Below, piece by piece: positions 12,901 to 24,827 of a stretch of DNA of 64,000 bases. This DNA is from Adineta vaga. Taxonomy: Eukaryota > Animalia > Rotifera. Both the position numbers and the translations under genes were made by a program. The notes beneath the pieces are model-generated. The model saw only the letters and a list, made by a program, of their open reading frames with translations, did no database searches and was not told the origin of the DNA. How positions within the stretch are numbered: the stretch's first letter is position 1; each line of letters opens with the position of its first letter. Where the stretch lies: NCBI GenBank assembly GCA_021613535.1, contig CP075494.1:744001-808000 (forward strand), written 5' to 3'.

Positions 12901-14524
12901 GGAATTATTTTAACTCTCTTAAAAATTCATCTTTACAATTTCTACCTGATGATTTGGATATAGTATGTGCTCTTCATAATGCTTTTCGTCACCCAACAAT
13001 GAAAGATCCATCAAGTGGAATTGAATTAGCTAGAATCATGTTAGAACAAATGAAGAAAGAAAATGAACTTGAAAAAAGATTAATTAGTATATCTGCCGAT
13101 AAAAACATGCATTGGAGAAAATATGATTCTAGAATGTGCATATTTCCACATTTAACTGAAGAAGATGTACGAAACATTAGCTGTGGTTTGTTTCCTATCT
13201 TCTCTCGTAGAGTTTTTGTTTATATTATTTTTCAGGGAACTATCAAATTAAACAATGCAAATCTTATATCAATGAACACTTTCAATCTTCTTACCTTGAT
13301 GAAAATGATCTTGAGTTCATTGTTGAATTGTGTGAAAAGCAACGTGATTTACTTCGAGTTCGATTCCACTCACGCCACAGCAATACGAAACATCATATTG
13401 CAACAGTACAATTTGACAACAACTTGGAGCAGCCGATACAAGGTTGGTTTTGTACATGTGCATCTGGATCACGTACAGTCGGCTGTTGTGTTCATATTAC
13501 TGCTCTACTTTGGTATATGGGTGTTCAACAAGGAGAAATGAATCCTAAAATCCATCCTCTTTCTGCTGCTCGACTACTTGGATTCGTAGACGATAGCTAC
13601 ATGAATGTTGATGATGATGATACAAACAACGACACCACCACAGATACACCAGACCTAGCTCATTGATACTTGTTTTTATTACGAACTACCCATTTCATAT
13701 CTATATTTCTCATTTGAAATTGACCTAACAAATTGAATTAAAATAATAAAGTTGTTCTTACAGAAATTTCAAAATGTTAATATTGACTAATGTCGAAAAA
13801 TTACAAGATATATTAACATGTCATCATTTTAAGGCTGAAAAATGTTGCTTTTTAACACAAAAGATATAAGAATTTTTTATTTGAGATATGTCTGAATATC
13901 CTTTGAATGAAAATTATATTAACTGTCGCTTCTATCAAAAACAATAATTAAATAATAATTGACTAATACATAAAAAAAGTGAATTTTTCGTGCATCGAAC
14001 ATAGTTTTTGACTTTTATGAATACCGGGACCAACTCGAAATTAAATGATTTATATACCAGTTTGTAGCGCTTTCTTCGCTCTATCAAATGGTATATAAGC
14101 GAAAGCGGCTCACGCAAAAAATGTATTGAAAAAGTCAAAATTAGATAAAATAATGTATAAAATAATATATTTTTAATAGTAGTAAATTATAGAAAAATAG
14201 TAGTAATAATTGGTTTAAAGACATGATCTTTATATAGAACGATGCAGAATTCAATGCTCTTTCCAATGAAGATAAAATGAGCTTTATATATTTTTCAAAG
14301 GTTTTCTGTTTTAGTCAAAAACTGGCCCATTATAAATACAAATAATATGTATAAAAGCCCCTATAATATTTTATGATATTTTCACATGAAAGCATGTTCA
14401 AATACGCTTAGTATTGCTTGAATTTGCTCTAATATAGCTTATCTCACTTTCCTAGAACAATTTCTCGACGAAGTTTTGATAAATTCCTTTGAGCCCATTT
14501 TCCATTGCTTATACGCCCCTGTCC
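9921..14524 (+). mobile_element. Autonomous DNA transposon (PIF/Harbinger-ISL2EU-related DDE_Tnp_4 type) with 821-bp TIRs
   Basis: 9921-10741 is the reverse complement of 13704-14524, with no mismatch noticed; termini GGACAGGGG...CCCCTGTCC; flanks AAA | TTT. Confidence 0.92.
10868..13666 (+). CDS. Spliced DDE transposase with an N-terminal Cys-rich region, HTH and C-terminal SWIM zinc finger (~7 exons)
   Basis: 'IVMDGTY', 'QRRTYSMHKHKNLVKP', 'GPFLADGKNNDA', 'VDRGFRD', 'EANRTRFITKNRWIIES'; SWIM 'WFCTCASGSRTVGCCVH'; ORF breaks coincide with GT-AG introns. Confidence 0.88.
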
Positions 14525-15565
14525 TTTCTTGGATCAAACGCTTCACTGGTTTTCGGATCCGAGAGAACATCGAAGTATTTGCGGTTGTTTAATCTATGTT
14601 TTCTGTGAATTCGTGTGAGGTATCAAATTCCTATCAGGATCTATGATTATCACATCATCATCAGTGGTATATTGTCAAGTTTGAATTTGATTCTCATGAT
14701 GTTTCCATGTTTGTTTTTCAACCTGAACTTTCCAATTTCGAGTTCCAATTCTAGATAACAATGTACCGAAAATCCATTTAATTTTGTTTTGAGAATTTCG
14801 AAAATCCCGAACAATGACTGGGTCACCAGGATGAAAATCACGTTGTCGAGTTTTACGATCAAAATTTCTTTGATAACGTTCTCTATTTTAATGGTTGAAT
14901 CAACTGCTGTAGGACGTAATAAATCCAACACAGTTGGTAGTTGTCGTTTTAAAAATAATTCAGCTGGTGAAACATTTGTTGTAGCATGTGGAGTTGATCG
15001 ATATGAGAATAAAAATTTATTCAGTACTTCAGATAATTTTCCACCATCAGCCATACTTTTAGTAAGTGCTGATTTGACTGTTTCAACATAGCGTTCAGCT
15101 TGTCCATTTGATTGAGGATGTCCAGGCGATGTTCGTATGTGACGTAAACCATGACGTGCACAAAATTGAACAAATTCATCAGATGTGAATTGTGTGCCAT
15201 TGTCTGAAACAATCTCTTCGCATAATCCATAATGAGCAAATAGAGCTAAAAGTGCATCAATAGTTGAGGTTGTTGTTATGTTATTCATCACAATGACTTC
15301 CAGCCATTTTGAATGAGCATCAACAACAATCAAATAATAGTAGTTTAGAAAATTTCCCATAAAATCAATATGAATTCTTTGCCATGGTAATTCTGGTACT
15401 GGCCATTGTTGTAAGGGAACTTTTGGTGGTTGTTTTGAATTCTCACCATATATCTGACATTGAGCAGCAAGATCTTCAATATCTTTGTCGAGTGAAGGCC
15501 ACCAAAAATATCTTCTTGCATCAGCTTTCATTCGACCCATACCTGAATGAGTTGAATGTAGATCA
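14525..15565 (-). pseudogene. Gypsy integrase remnant (zinc-binding region, rve core, C-terminus), frameshifted near 14890 and 5'-truncated
   Basis: 'LHSTHSGMGRMK...FWWP', 'PWQRIHIDF', 'IVSDNGTQFTS', 'HPQSNGQAER', 'YRSTPH'; tail 'RIRKPVKRLIQE'. Confidence 0.9.
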
Positions 15566-15628
15566 ATAGAAAACTTGAATTTAAATAGTTTTATTATACT
15601 AGTTTTATAATTACATTAAGTGAAATGA

Positions 15629-15667
15629 ACTAGAGCTTTCAGCACATCAAGTGCCATCGTCAGTAGT
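15629..15667 (-). ncRNA. Minimal type-I hammerhead ribozyme, inverted copy
   Basis: Reverse complement reads ACTA-CTGACGA-TGGCAC(ttgat)GTGCT-GAAA-GCTC-TAGT. Confidence 0.8.
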
Positions 15668-16502
15668 TTGAATACTGTTATGATGATGTTACAGCGAGTG
15701 ATAGTGAACTATATTTGATTATCACTGAATATGAAATACAAATAATAACAAATGATAGAATAATATCCAGAGTATTTTGATTTATCTAGTCATTATATTT
15801 AATCTAGGTTTTGTAGTCCAGCCTCGAAAGTATAGATGTTATCGTGTATGATGATATATTCAGTGTGTCTCTTTATTGGATATAGATATCGGTGGTCTGG
15901 AAGATGATGATATCGGTGATATCTTTTTGGTTATCTTTGTTATAAGTAGAATACTTTACCTTGTTCAATTGTTAATTTGATGATATATCTGGTTAGATAT
16001 ATGTTCGATGTATAATTTCCGAGTGATCTAGGTCTTTTGTCATTAGTATAAATAGTGTGAAGATTTTGCTTGATAGTCACTGGTGTGTTTATTTGCTTAC
16101 AAGCAAGTGTTTAGTTTTATCTACGCTTTTCAACTTCGACTTCGGTATCTATTGTTTTAGGTAAGTGATCATTTTCTGTGAGAGAGATTATAGTTTTATT
16201 GAGTTTTAAAAAGATAAAAACCCTCCCTCTTCCCACCAGTTCATGACACCGATAGTATGTACATCCATCCGCTACGATTATTCGATAGTGCGATGATGTT
16301 ATATGTGATGTATATATAGATAGTATTTTTTTTCTTTCGTTCCTGTCGTTATATATATATATATATGGAGAATGTATGACTATATACGAGAGACACCTAT
16401 TGGAAGAAAGAAAACGAATGAGTTTTAAAATTGTTGGGCTTAATTGAAGTTTAAATAGCTAATTAATAGCATCTTACAAGGCTTGTTTATTTTCATTGTT
16501 TG

Positions 16503-19127
16503 CCTGTTGTTATCAGCAAGTATGGAATTGGAAACAACTGATAATCGTTTAAATACATTTATGATCAACATTTGTCCTTTATCAACTAAAACAAGATTTA
16601 AGTTCATCAAGGAAAATTATGGCTATAATATCTACAAATTATATCAATCGTATGAAAACACAACTATTAAACTTGTTCGTCTCTACAGTGATTTAAATTA
16701 TTTACAGTAATGTAGATGGAATAATGTTGTGCCAAAATTTCTTCGCTTTAAATTGGCAAATCCAGAATTGGCAAATCCAAGATGTTATTGGAAATGCCAA
16801 ATTCTTTTTCTAAAAGAAGAAATTAATTCGAAGAAACACAAGATCAAATATATGTCAGGAATACAAGAAAATTTATACAATGAATTACTTAATACTTTTC
16901 GTGCCTCGATATTGAAAAAACTTAATGATATTGTTAATGAACTTCAATCCAAGGAGAATATGTTGAAGTATCGTACTCATCGTAGAAAATTTAATAAATT
17001 AATTAATCATCGATTTATGGAACAACAACAGGAAGCGGATCAACGTCGTTTATTAAGTGATCATCCAATGAATCAGTTGATAAACGACAACAGTAAATAA
17101 TGACAATAATGAAGCGCAACCCAGAATAGTTTGGAATTTATCTGATCGTCAACTGACTGCAGATGAACTGCATCTTTTGGAAAATGGGCTGTCGTACAAT
17201 CGTCTTCGTACAATTGTTCGTTCTGAAGTAATTTCCAATGTTGAACTTTTATTCTTTCAGTCATCTGGTATCAAAAGAGAAACAACTGATTTTCAAAAGT
17301 GGGATCAAGATCCTGATAATGGTTTCAACAAGGAAATTAGAAGTTTAGAACCAAGACAATTATCTCTTGTAGCTGATTTAAAGAGTGTTACACAAAAATT
17401 CTTCAATGAAGCTCAAGGATCAATTAGAAGGAACAAAAACTTCAATCAATCGTATGAAGATCAATTATTATCAGAATTGTCCAAAGATCCGTCCATCGTT
17501 ATCACCAAACTTGATAAAGGCAGAGGTGTTGTTATAATGAATCGTGCTGATTATATTCAAAAATTAGAACAAATCGTAAGTGATCGTTCAAAATTTCAAT
17601 TGCTTGATAAAGATCCAACTGGTACTCGTGAAACTGCATTAACATCTCTTTTGAGACAAATCAAAAAAGAAGAATACTTGACTGAGCAGGAGTATCAATA
17701 TGTTAAACCAGTTGGCTTAATTCCAGCAAGATTATATGGCTTACCAAAAGTCCACAAAGATAATGTACCACTTAGGCCGATTGTATCTTGTATACAATCA
17801 TACAATTATCGTCTAGGTAAATTCTTAGCTGGAGTTATCAAGCCAATACGTAACAGTACATATTCATTAAAGAACAGCGATGTATTTATGAAGTTTTTAC
17901 AAGAAAACCGTTCATTATCAATTCACAAAATGATTAGTTTTGATGTTGAAAGTTTATTTACTAATATACCAGCGGACAGAACAATTCATATTATACGTGA
18001 GAAATTATATTGGACTGATCCAATATTAAAACCATACATACCGGAACATTACCTTCGCGAACTTCTGGAATATGCTACAAAATGGACCCATTTTCTCTTC
18101 AACGGCAATTATTATGATCAGCGTGATGGGGTTTCAATGGGTACATCATTGGCAGCAATTTTTGCAGAAGTATTTATGGCAGATTTTGAAGAACAACATA
18201 TATCACGCTTATTAACTAATGGTTCGCAACGATTGGCATGGCGTCGTTATGTAGACGATACATTCGTCATTTACAATGCTGATGTAGACAAAGGTGGTGT
18301 AGACAAAGATGACCTTCATCAATTATTGAACAATTTTGATTCATGCATTAAGTTTACTGTTGAACCAGGAGTCGATAATCCTATACCATTTCTTGATGTA
18401 TTAGTGAAACGACATAATACTGGTTTTGAAACAACAGTATACAGGAAGAAGACAACAACAAAATTAATGTCGAAATGGGGCAGCTTGATTCCAACATCTT
18501 ATAAAAGATCATCTGTCTATGCATTAGTTAATCGAGCGATTCGATTATGTTCAAAATTTGAACTCTTGCATAATGAATTTATTTACATTCGTTCAATGGC
18601 AGCTTTCAATGGTTATCCATCGAAATTTGTACAAAATATTATTAATAAACAACTTGACAAATTCTACCAACCAAGACAGACAACTGATTTGATACAACCA
18701 ACAACAAATCAAACAAATACATATAAATATATACAAATTCCATTTATTGGCACTCCAAGTTACAAATACGGGAAAAGACTCAAATCCATCATCACACAAT
18801 ATAATCCAAGAACAGACGTCAGAGTGGTATATACAACAATACCAAAATCCAGTTGATTTTGTATGTTACAAACCTAACTCTGCATTGGGAAAGCATGCAT
18901 TTAAAACTGGACATTCAATCAATTTTACTGATGTGCATATTTTGAAGCAAGATCAAGCACCATACAGACTGTTGATCAAAGAATCAATTCAAATACGTTT
19001 CAAACAACCGAAGCTCAATGGTACTGATACTTCTGTTCCACTTTACGTCTTTCCCGAAGGGATAAGAATAAAACTAATCAATAATCTATCTAATTGTGGA
19101 TTTTATAGCATTCTTCACCAAAACTAA
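16503..19127 (+). pseudogene. Penelope RT/GIY-YIG ORF disabled by stops, frameshifts and loss of the GIY-YIG core
   Basis: 'PKFLRFK', 'DKGRGVVIM', 'LYGLPKVHK..VPLRPIVS', 'SFDVESLFTNIP', 'GVSMG', 'WRRYVDD', 'PFLDV', 'VYRK'; endonuclease tail 'SALGKH..GH..IKES.I..PKLN' without the GIY/YIG motifs. Confidence 0.88.
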
Positions 19128-19462
19128 ATCAACAACACAATACTCAACATCTACTCAACTAATTTCACCATCATCATATTATTTAAAAAGTAAGCATGAA
19201 AATATACGATAATTTACATTACCCTCTTCCTTTTCAGTATTCTTCACTATACATTACTTACCTGCAAAATCATCAGCAACTAACAAATCAACTTCATCAT
19301 CTTCAACTTATACGTAAAGTATCCTATCAATTATTAATTATCCTAACTATACATCTTCACTTTAGCAATCTCAACATTACATTCAATTACTTCATTAACT
19401 TTAAACATTCATTTACTAATCACATATTAAATTATTTACTTAAAAACATACCCAATGATATT

Positions 19463-19501
19463 ACTACTGACGATGGCACTTTATGTGCTGAAAGCTCTAG
19501 T
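19463..19501 (+). ncRNA. Minimal type-I hammerhead ribozyme in the Penelope end
   Basis: ACTA-CTGACGA-TGGCAC(tttat)GTGCT-GAAA-GCTC-TAGT; palindromic AGCT stem III. Confidence 0.8.
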
Positions 19502-19909
19502 TCATTTCACTTAATGTAATTATAAAACTAGTATAATAAAACTATTTAAATTCAAGTTTTCTATTGATTTTATCAAGACCTATTATATTTTGTCACTAAA
19601 GACTATGTAGTTTATTGATTTGTTATTGTATACGTAGATTAGTTTAGATTGTAGATATAAATAAAATTGATTTCAAAAAAATGTTTTATTTTGTGATATT
19701 GATCTGCCGGACGATCAATTATACAAAATGCGTGTCCAGTACATGAGCGACTGCCGCAATAAGAAAATACTGAATGGTATCTATCTATACTAGAATATTA
19801 GATTTTGAGACTTTTATTCGTAAATTTTCTATCGTTCTCAATCAATGCTTGAACTAAATCAATGAGTAGTGTAGAAATCGTTAATTCGATTCGAGTATCA
19901 AACTTCTTC

Positions 19910-20221
19910 TTCAACTTCTAAATTTATAAGTTTATAGTTCGAGTACTCGAGTTTTAAACTATTCAACTTCTAAATTTATAGGTTTATAATTCGAGTACTC
20001 GAGTTTTAAACTATTCAACTTCTAAATTTATAAGTTTATAATTCGAGTACTCGAGTTTTAAACTATTCAACTTCTAAACTTATAAAGTTATAGTTCGAGT
20101 ACTCGAGTTTTAAACTATTCAACTTCTAAATTTATAAGTTTATAGTTCGAGTACTCGAGTTTTAAACTATTCAACTTCTAAACTTATAAGTTTATAATTC
20201 GAGTACTCGAGTTTTAAACTG
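19910..20221 (+). repeat. Left terminal array: 6 x 52 bp
   Basis: Unit TTCAACTTCTAAATTTATAAGTTTATAGTTCGAGTACTCGAGTTTTAAACTA, containing the palindrome TCGAGTACTCGA. Confidence 0.95.
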
Positions 20222-20269
20222 TTCAGCTCGAAAAAAGCTGGCTAGGTGAAACCATGATTGAGCACTTCG

Positions 20270-21030
20270 CTTCTACCCCTGCACACTCACTTGGGCTGTT
20301 CCCTTGCAACACCCACACCCTCACTTTGCTCGTCGCCTCACAGCACTAACTCCCGCAGCCTCACTTTGCTTGTTCCCTTGCAACACCCACCACCGCACCC
20401 ACACTTTGCTCGTCGCCTTACAGCACTTATCCCCGCACCCTCACTTTGCTTGTTCGCGTGCAACACCCACCCCCACACCCTCACTTTGCTCGTCGGGTTA
20501 GAACACCTACCTCCGCACCCACACTTTGCTCGTCGTCTCACAGCACTTACCCCCGCACCCTCACTTTGCTTGTTCGCGTGCAACACCCACCCCCACACCC
20601 TCACTTTGCTCGTCGGGTTACAACACCTACCTCCGCACCCACACTTTGCTCGTCGCCTTACAGCACTTACCCCCGCACCCTCACTTTGCTTGTTCCCGTG
20701 CAACACCCACTCTCACACCCTCACTTTGCTCGTCGGGTTACAACACCCACCTCCGCACCCACACTTTGCTCGTCGCCTCACAGCACTTACCCCCGCACCC
20801 TCACTTTGCTTGTTCCCGTGCAACACCCACTCCCACACCCTCACTTTGCTCGTCGGGTTACAACACCCACCTCCGCACCCACACTTTGCTCGTCGCCTCA
20901 CAGCACTTACCCCCGCACCCTCACTTTGCTTGTTCCCGTGCAACACCCACCCCCACACCCTCACTTTGCTCGTCGGGTTACAACATCCACCCGTGCACCC
21001 ACACTTTGCCCGCCCGCTTACAACTCCCAC
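20270..21030 (+). repeat. C-rich subterminal minisatellite: 40-bp monomers organised as a 120-bp higher-order repeat
   Basis: Cyclic monomers CAACACCCACCCCCACACCCTCACTTTGCTCGTCGGGTTA / CAACACCYACCTCCGCACCCACACTTTGCTCGTCGCCTYA / CAGCACTTACCCCCGCACCCTCACTTTGCTTGTTCSCGTG. Confidence 0.95.
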
Positions 21031-22127
21031 ATCGTTTTGTCGTTGTTGAGTCTTGTGTAGGGTGGTTTCTCTTTTGACTTCCGTGCTCTGTTTTTTTTTA
21101 ACTGGGAGTTTGTGCTAAATGAAGGAGAGATGAGCTGACCGAGCCGTTAGTTCTGGAAAGCCAGATCCGTATCTGTTTGGTTTTCATAAGATGAGTGATA
21201 ACAAGTTATATCTCAGAAGAATAGGAAATTGTGCTGTGTGCTGATACTTGCTATAGTATGTTTCCTGAATAGGGGTTCCGTTGATTTAGCACTTGGATTG
21301 GTTGTTCTCGAATACAGTCTAATGGTTATCTTTGTCGGTTGATTCGTTGGATTAAGAATCGAGAAGAAAAGGAAAGAAAGAAATAGAGGGGATATATGTA
21401 TAGCACGCTGAATCAATAATAGATGAACATAAATAAAATAGAGGGATAGCTGTTGAAACAAGATGTGACACGTGTATAAGTTGTGATGGATAGCGTTAGC
21501 AACGGACGTATAATCAAGTGGTATGAGTTTATAATATAGACTTAAACATTTTGAACGACATTTAACAGTATATGCCCTTGTTTACGATCTGTTGGTAGTA
21601 CTTTCAATTAAAAGAACGTATCTTGATTACGTTACGAATACGACTCTACAAAAATACGAATCCATGTGAATGGAATACAAATGATGAAGTAACTTTTCGC
21701 TATTCTTTGATATGTCGATCTCTTTTATTTATTATTTTGATACTGAATATTCCAGCAAATCGGCAACGAGATTTTGTTATTAGTTTTGGTTTTTGTTGTG
21801 GATAAGAACATCAAAGATTTGTATCATTTTTTTTCATGGATGAAGCCATATGAACAAACATGTCGGCAAGATGTTGTTTATTTGTGTCAGTGGGAAGAAT
21901 GACATATTAAGGCGAAAGCGCATGTATGATGCAACTTTTCATAGTCAATTAAGTGTTATATAATTGCGTTTCACACACCCTCCAGAATATGTGAATAAAT
22001 TAAACTGAATTTTGATTCGTTCTTCTGATGAAAGCTTTTATATAAATAGCTCATTTCGTACAACATTTCTGTATAAAATTCATTTTTTATCCAATTCATT
22101 CGTCCAATTCTTTGCTTATCAGAAATC

Positions 22128-22540
22128 ATGACTTTATTTTCTCACATGTCTTTCATAATTTTGTTCGGTTTCGTCTTAATGACCGATGAATATATGATTG
22201 TATCTCATAATATAACAGGTACCTTGATAAAAATTTTGTTTACGATCTTATTGATTTTTTTTATTTTGAAGCAACATCGTCTTCTGTAATATTTCCAATG
22301 GGACCGAGCACTCGTTCCCAGGGAAAGTTACGGATACGTTATTGGGCTAATCAGACGGCTACGACAACTACCTTAAATTCGAAAACTATTGATGATGCTA
22401 TCGCATTATATTTAAGTAAGAACCAAATGGTGTCTCATGTGGACGACCGCAAATTATATGTTGAAAAAGCTCAGTCTAATACAATTAACATCAATTGGAT
22501 AATGTTTGCCTTATATATGACGTTCGTCCTGTTTTACTAA
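22128..22540 (+). CDS. Small (~119 aa) two-exon secreted or membrane-anchored glycoprotein inside the element
   Basis: Exon 22128-22218 (MTLFSHMSFIILFGFVLM...), GT-AG intron 22219-22271, in-frame join to ORF 22298-22540; sequons NIT and NQT; hydrophobic C-terminus; TATA-like TATATAAA at ~22039. Confidence 0.6.
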
Positions 22541-24827
22541 AAGTAATCTTTCTCCTTTATACTAATGCTGTTGTATATACAAATATTTTTGCACATACAA
22601 GTTTTTGTACACATTAATGTCAGATAAAAAGGTTTTCTTATTCTTAAAATAGCGTAAAATGAAATATCAATTATGCCGGACTATTTGGTTGTATTTCATC
22701 AAAATAAATTTATCAACGTCATAGAGTGTAATCTGTTCATAAATGATATAAAAACATAATCAAACTGTTTAAATATTTTAATTTTGTAGACATAGCGTTA
22801 TCGTGTCATATAGAGAGCAAGATATGGCGTGAATAGATCAAGGAAGCGACTATGTAAACATATGATCATATGATCACTTTCATAAATCAAACAGTTTTTT
22901 TAAAATAAATGAGAAAGATCAAGAAGATATATAGAAACAATTGTCTTCAAATACTCACATATACATTAACAATGGGAAGTTTATCCTTTATCGTGTGTAC
23001 ATTGCATATAAGAAGCGAATTCAATCTAAATTCAATTGAATTATATCGCATAAAAATGAAAAAAAAGAACTAACGTAATAATCTTTGTAATTTATTTTTA
23101 GTCTTTTCTATTATCGTGGAACACGACGATACAGAGAAATAAACTGAGTTTATTTGAATTGTATCTCTTCTAAGAAATAAATTTTACTTTTTTAATCTTA
23201 GGAATATGCGAATATACAGCAACTGATTTGTTTTTATTCATATATTTTTTTTTCGAAAATAATTTTCGATCTTTTTTTATCTCGAGGCATATGGACATTA
23301 AATCATCAGAAAAGTTATTTTTTTCGAAAACAAATATAATTTTTTTCGGACTATTTTCGGTATATATGAATATAGACAGACAATTGTCAAAATTATATTT
23401 GTTCATCTTTTCCTCTTTAATTTTGTATATTTTAACAGCTCTCAAGAGTATGTGTATATATGGATGTACATGTTCCACCTTTTCGTTTTATATATTCTTT
23501 TCCGATGTAAAAAATAATCGGTATAATCCGATTTTAAAGAATTGCTAAATTTCGCCTATTTCAATGAATTAATTTTGATTATCAATCCGATTAAAAATTG
23601 ATTATAATAGTGCTATTTTAATTCATTTTTAATGAAAAAATATTCGAATAGAATTGATCTGTTTCATCTATTTCGTTCACATGGTAAGCCTTTATTCTGT
23701 TATAATCTATTGTTTGCTGCTCATCTATTCTAATCAGTTGCTATCATCAATTCATTTTCACGTATATTACCTGTTAGTCCATTGTAATCAGTTATTATCT
23801 GTTAATATATTTTCATCATACATACCAAAGATATTTGCTTTTCTCAGGATTTGAGCACGAAACCAATAGTTTCACCTGATTATTTAGATTCCTTATATCT
23901 ACTTATCAGTAGACTAAATCTCCACATTAATATAAAAGTTAAAACCTCTGTACATATTTTTTCAAATTTCTCTGGTGCAGTTACATAATTAATCGATTGA
24001 AATCGATTGCAAATGGAATGATTTTAATAGAACTTTTCACTTTAACATATATTTCAATACATTTATTTCAATATTCATTAAAATTAATTAAGAATGGAAT
24101 GATTTTAATCAAAATTATGTGACCAAATTAATTAAAATCAGTTTTTTGAGAGAAAATCGTGCACAAACGATTATGTAAAGAAAAAAAAATCAAATTTTGT
24201 TGTTTTAATCGTCTTTTGTAGATTTCTGTTAGAAGCAGCTGATTTTAATTTAATAATATATAGTGCATTTTTTTACATGGAAGCCCCGCTCGTCTTTATT
24301 TGTTCTTCTATTTCTCTTTCTCTACAATAATCAGCAAAATATGTTTTCGCAGTATCAAGCGCATTTCATGTTTGATTTATATATTTGCATCTATTTTTTT
24401 ATTTTAATGGAAAGCTTTTATTTCTTTTAAATTAATTAAATTGACTCTATATAAGTTTCGACTCATTGATGTAAAGATTAAGATTTTGATAATGCATTGC
24501 TTCTATAATTGATGGAGTTTGTTATGATGTAGTTACGAACACAAAAAGCAATTACAACTTGTATATATATATATATACATAGATGAGAACTTGTGGGATG
24601 AGTGGAAATTGTGATTAGTGCATTTAACAACTATTGACGACGAAAAAAAGAACAAATTATACAAAAAATTCTACGGATTAATGATAAGAAATAAACAAAA
24701 ACAATTATCTACGTATGTACAACAAGAATTAGGCTGCTGTATTATATTGCTATACACATTTAAACGACTAATCGAAAGAAAAAAGGAAAATTTTTGCTTG
24801 CCCATAAATCGAGTTAGTCTATTTTTT

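Larger units (their letters stand above)
15562..19568 (+). mobile_element. Penelope-like retroelement with inverted terminal (pLTR) segments
   Basis: 15562-15667 is the reverse complement of 19463-19568; internal PLE-type RT; hammerhead motif in both ends. Confidence 0.88.

Noticed and set aside
19910-20221. 52-bp arrays (also 37512-37927) as CRISPR
   Set aside because: Contiguous tandem units with no unique spacers, no cas genes, eukaryotic context
20258-21077. Long overlapping ORFs on both strands
   Set aside because: Artefacts of a stop-poor 120-bp tandem repeat
22600-24800. Capsid or polymerase gene in the element's AT-rich gaps (also 29200-31500)
   Set aside because: Only short low-complexity ORFs; nothing recognisable, though highly spliced genes cannot be excluded
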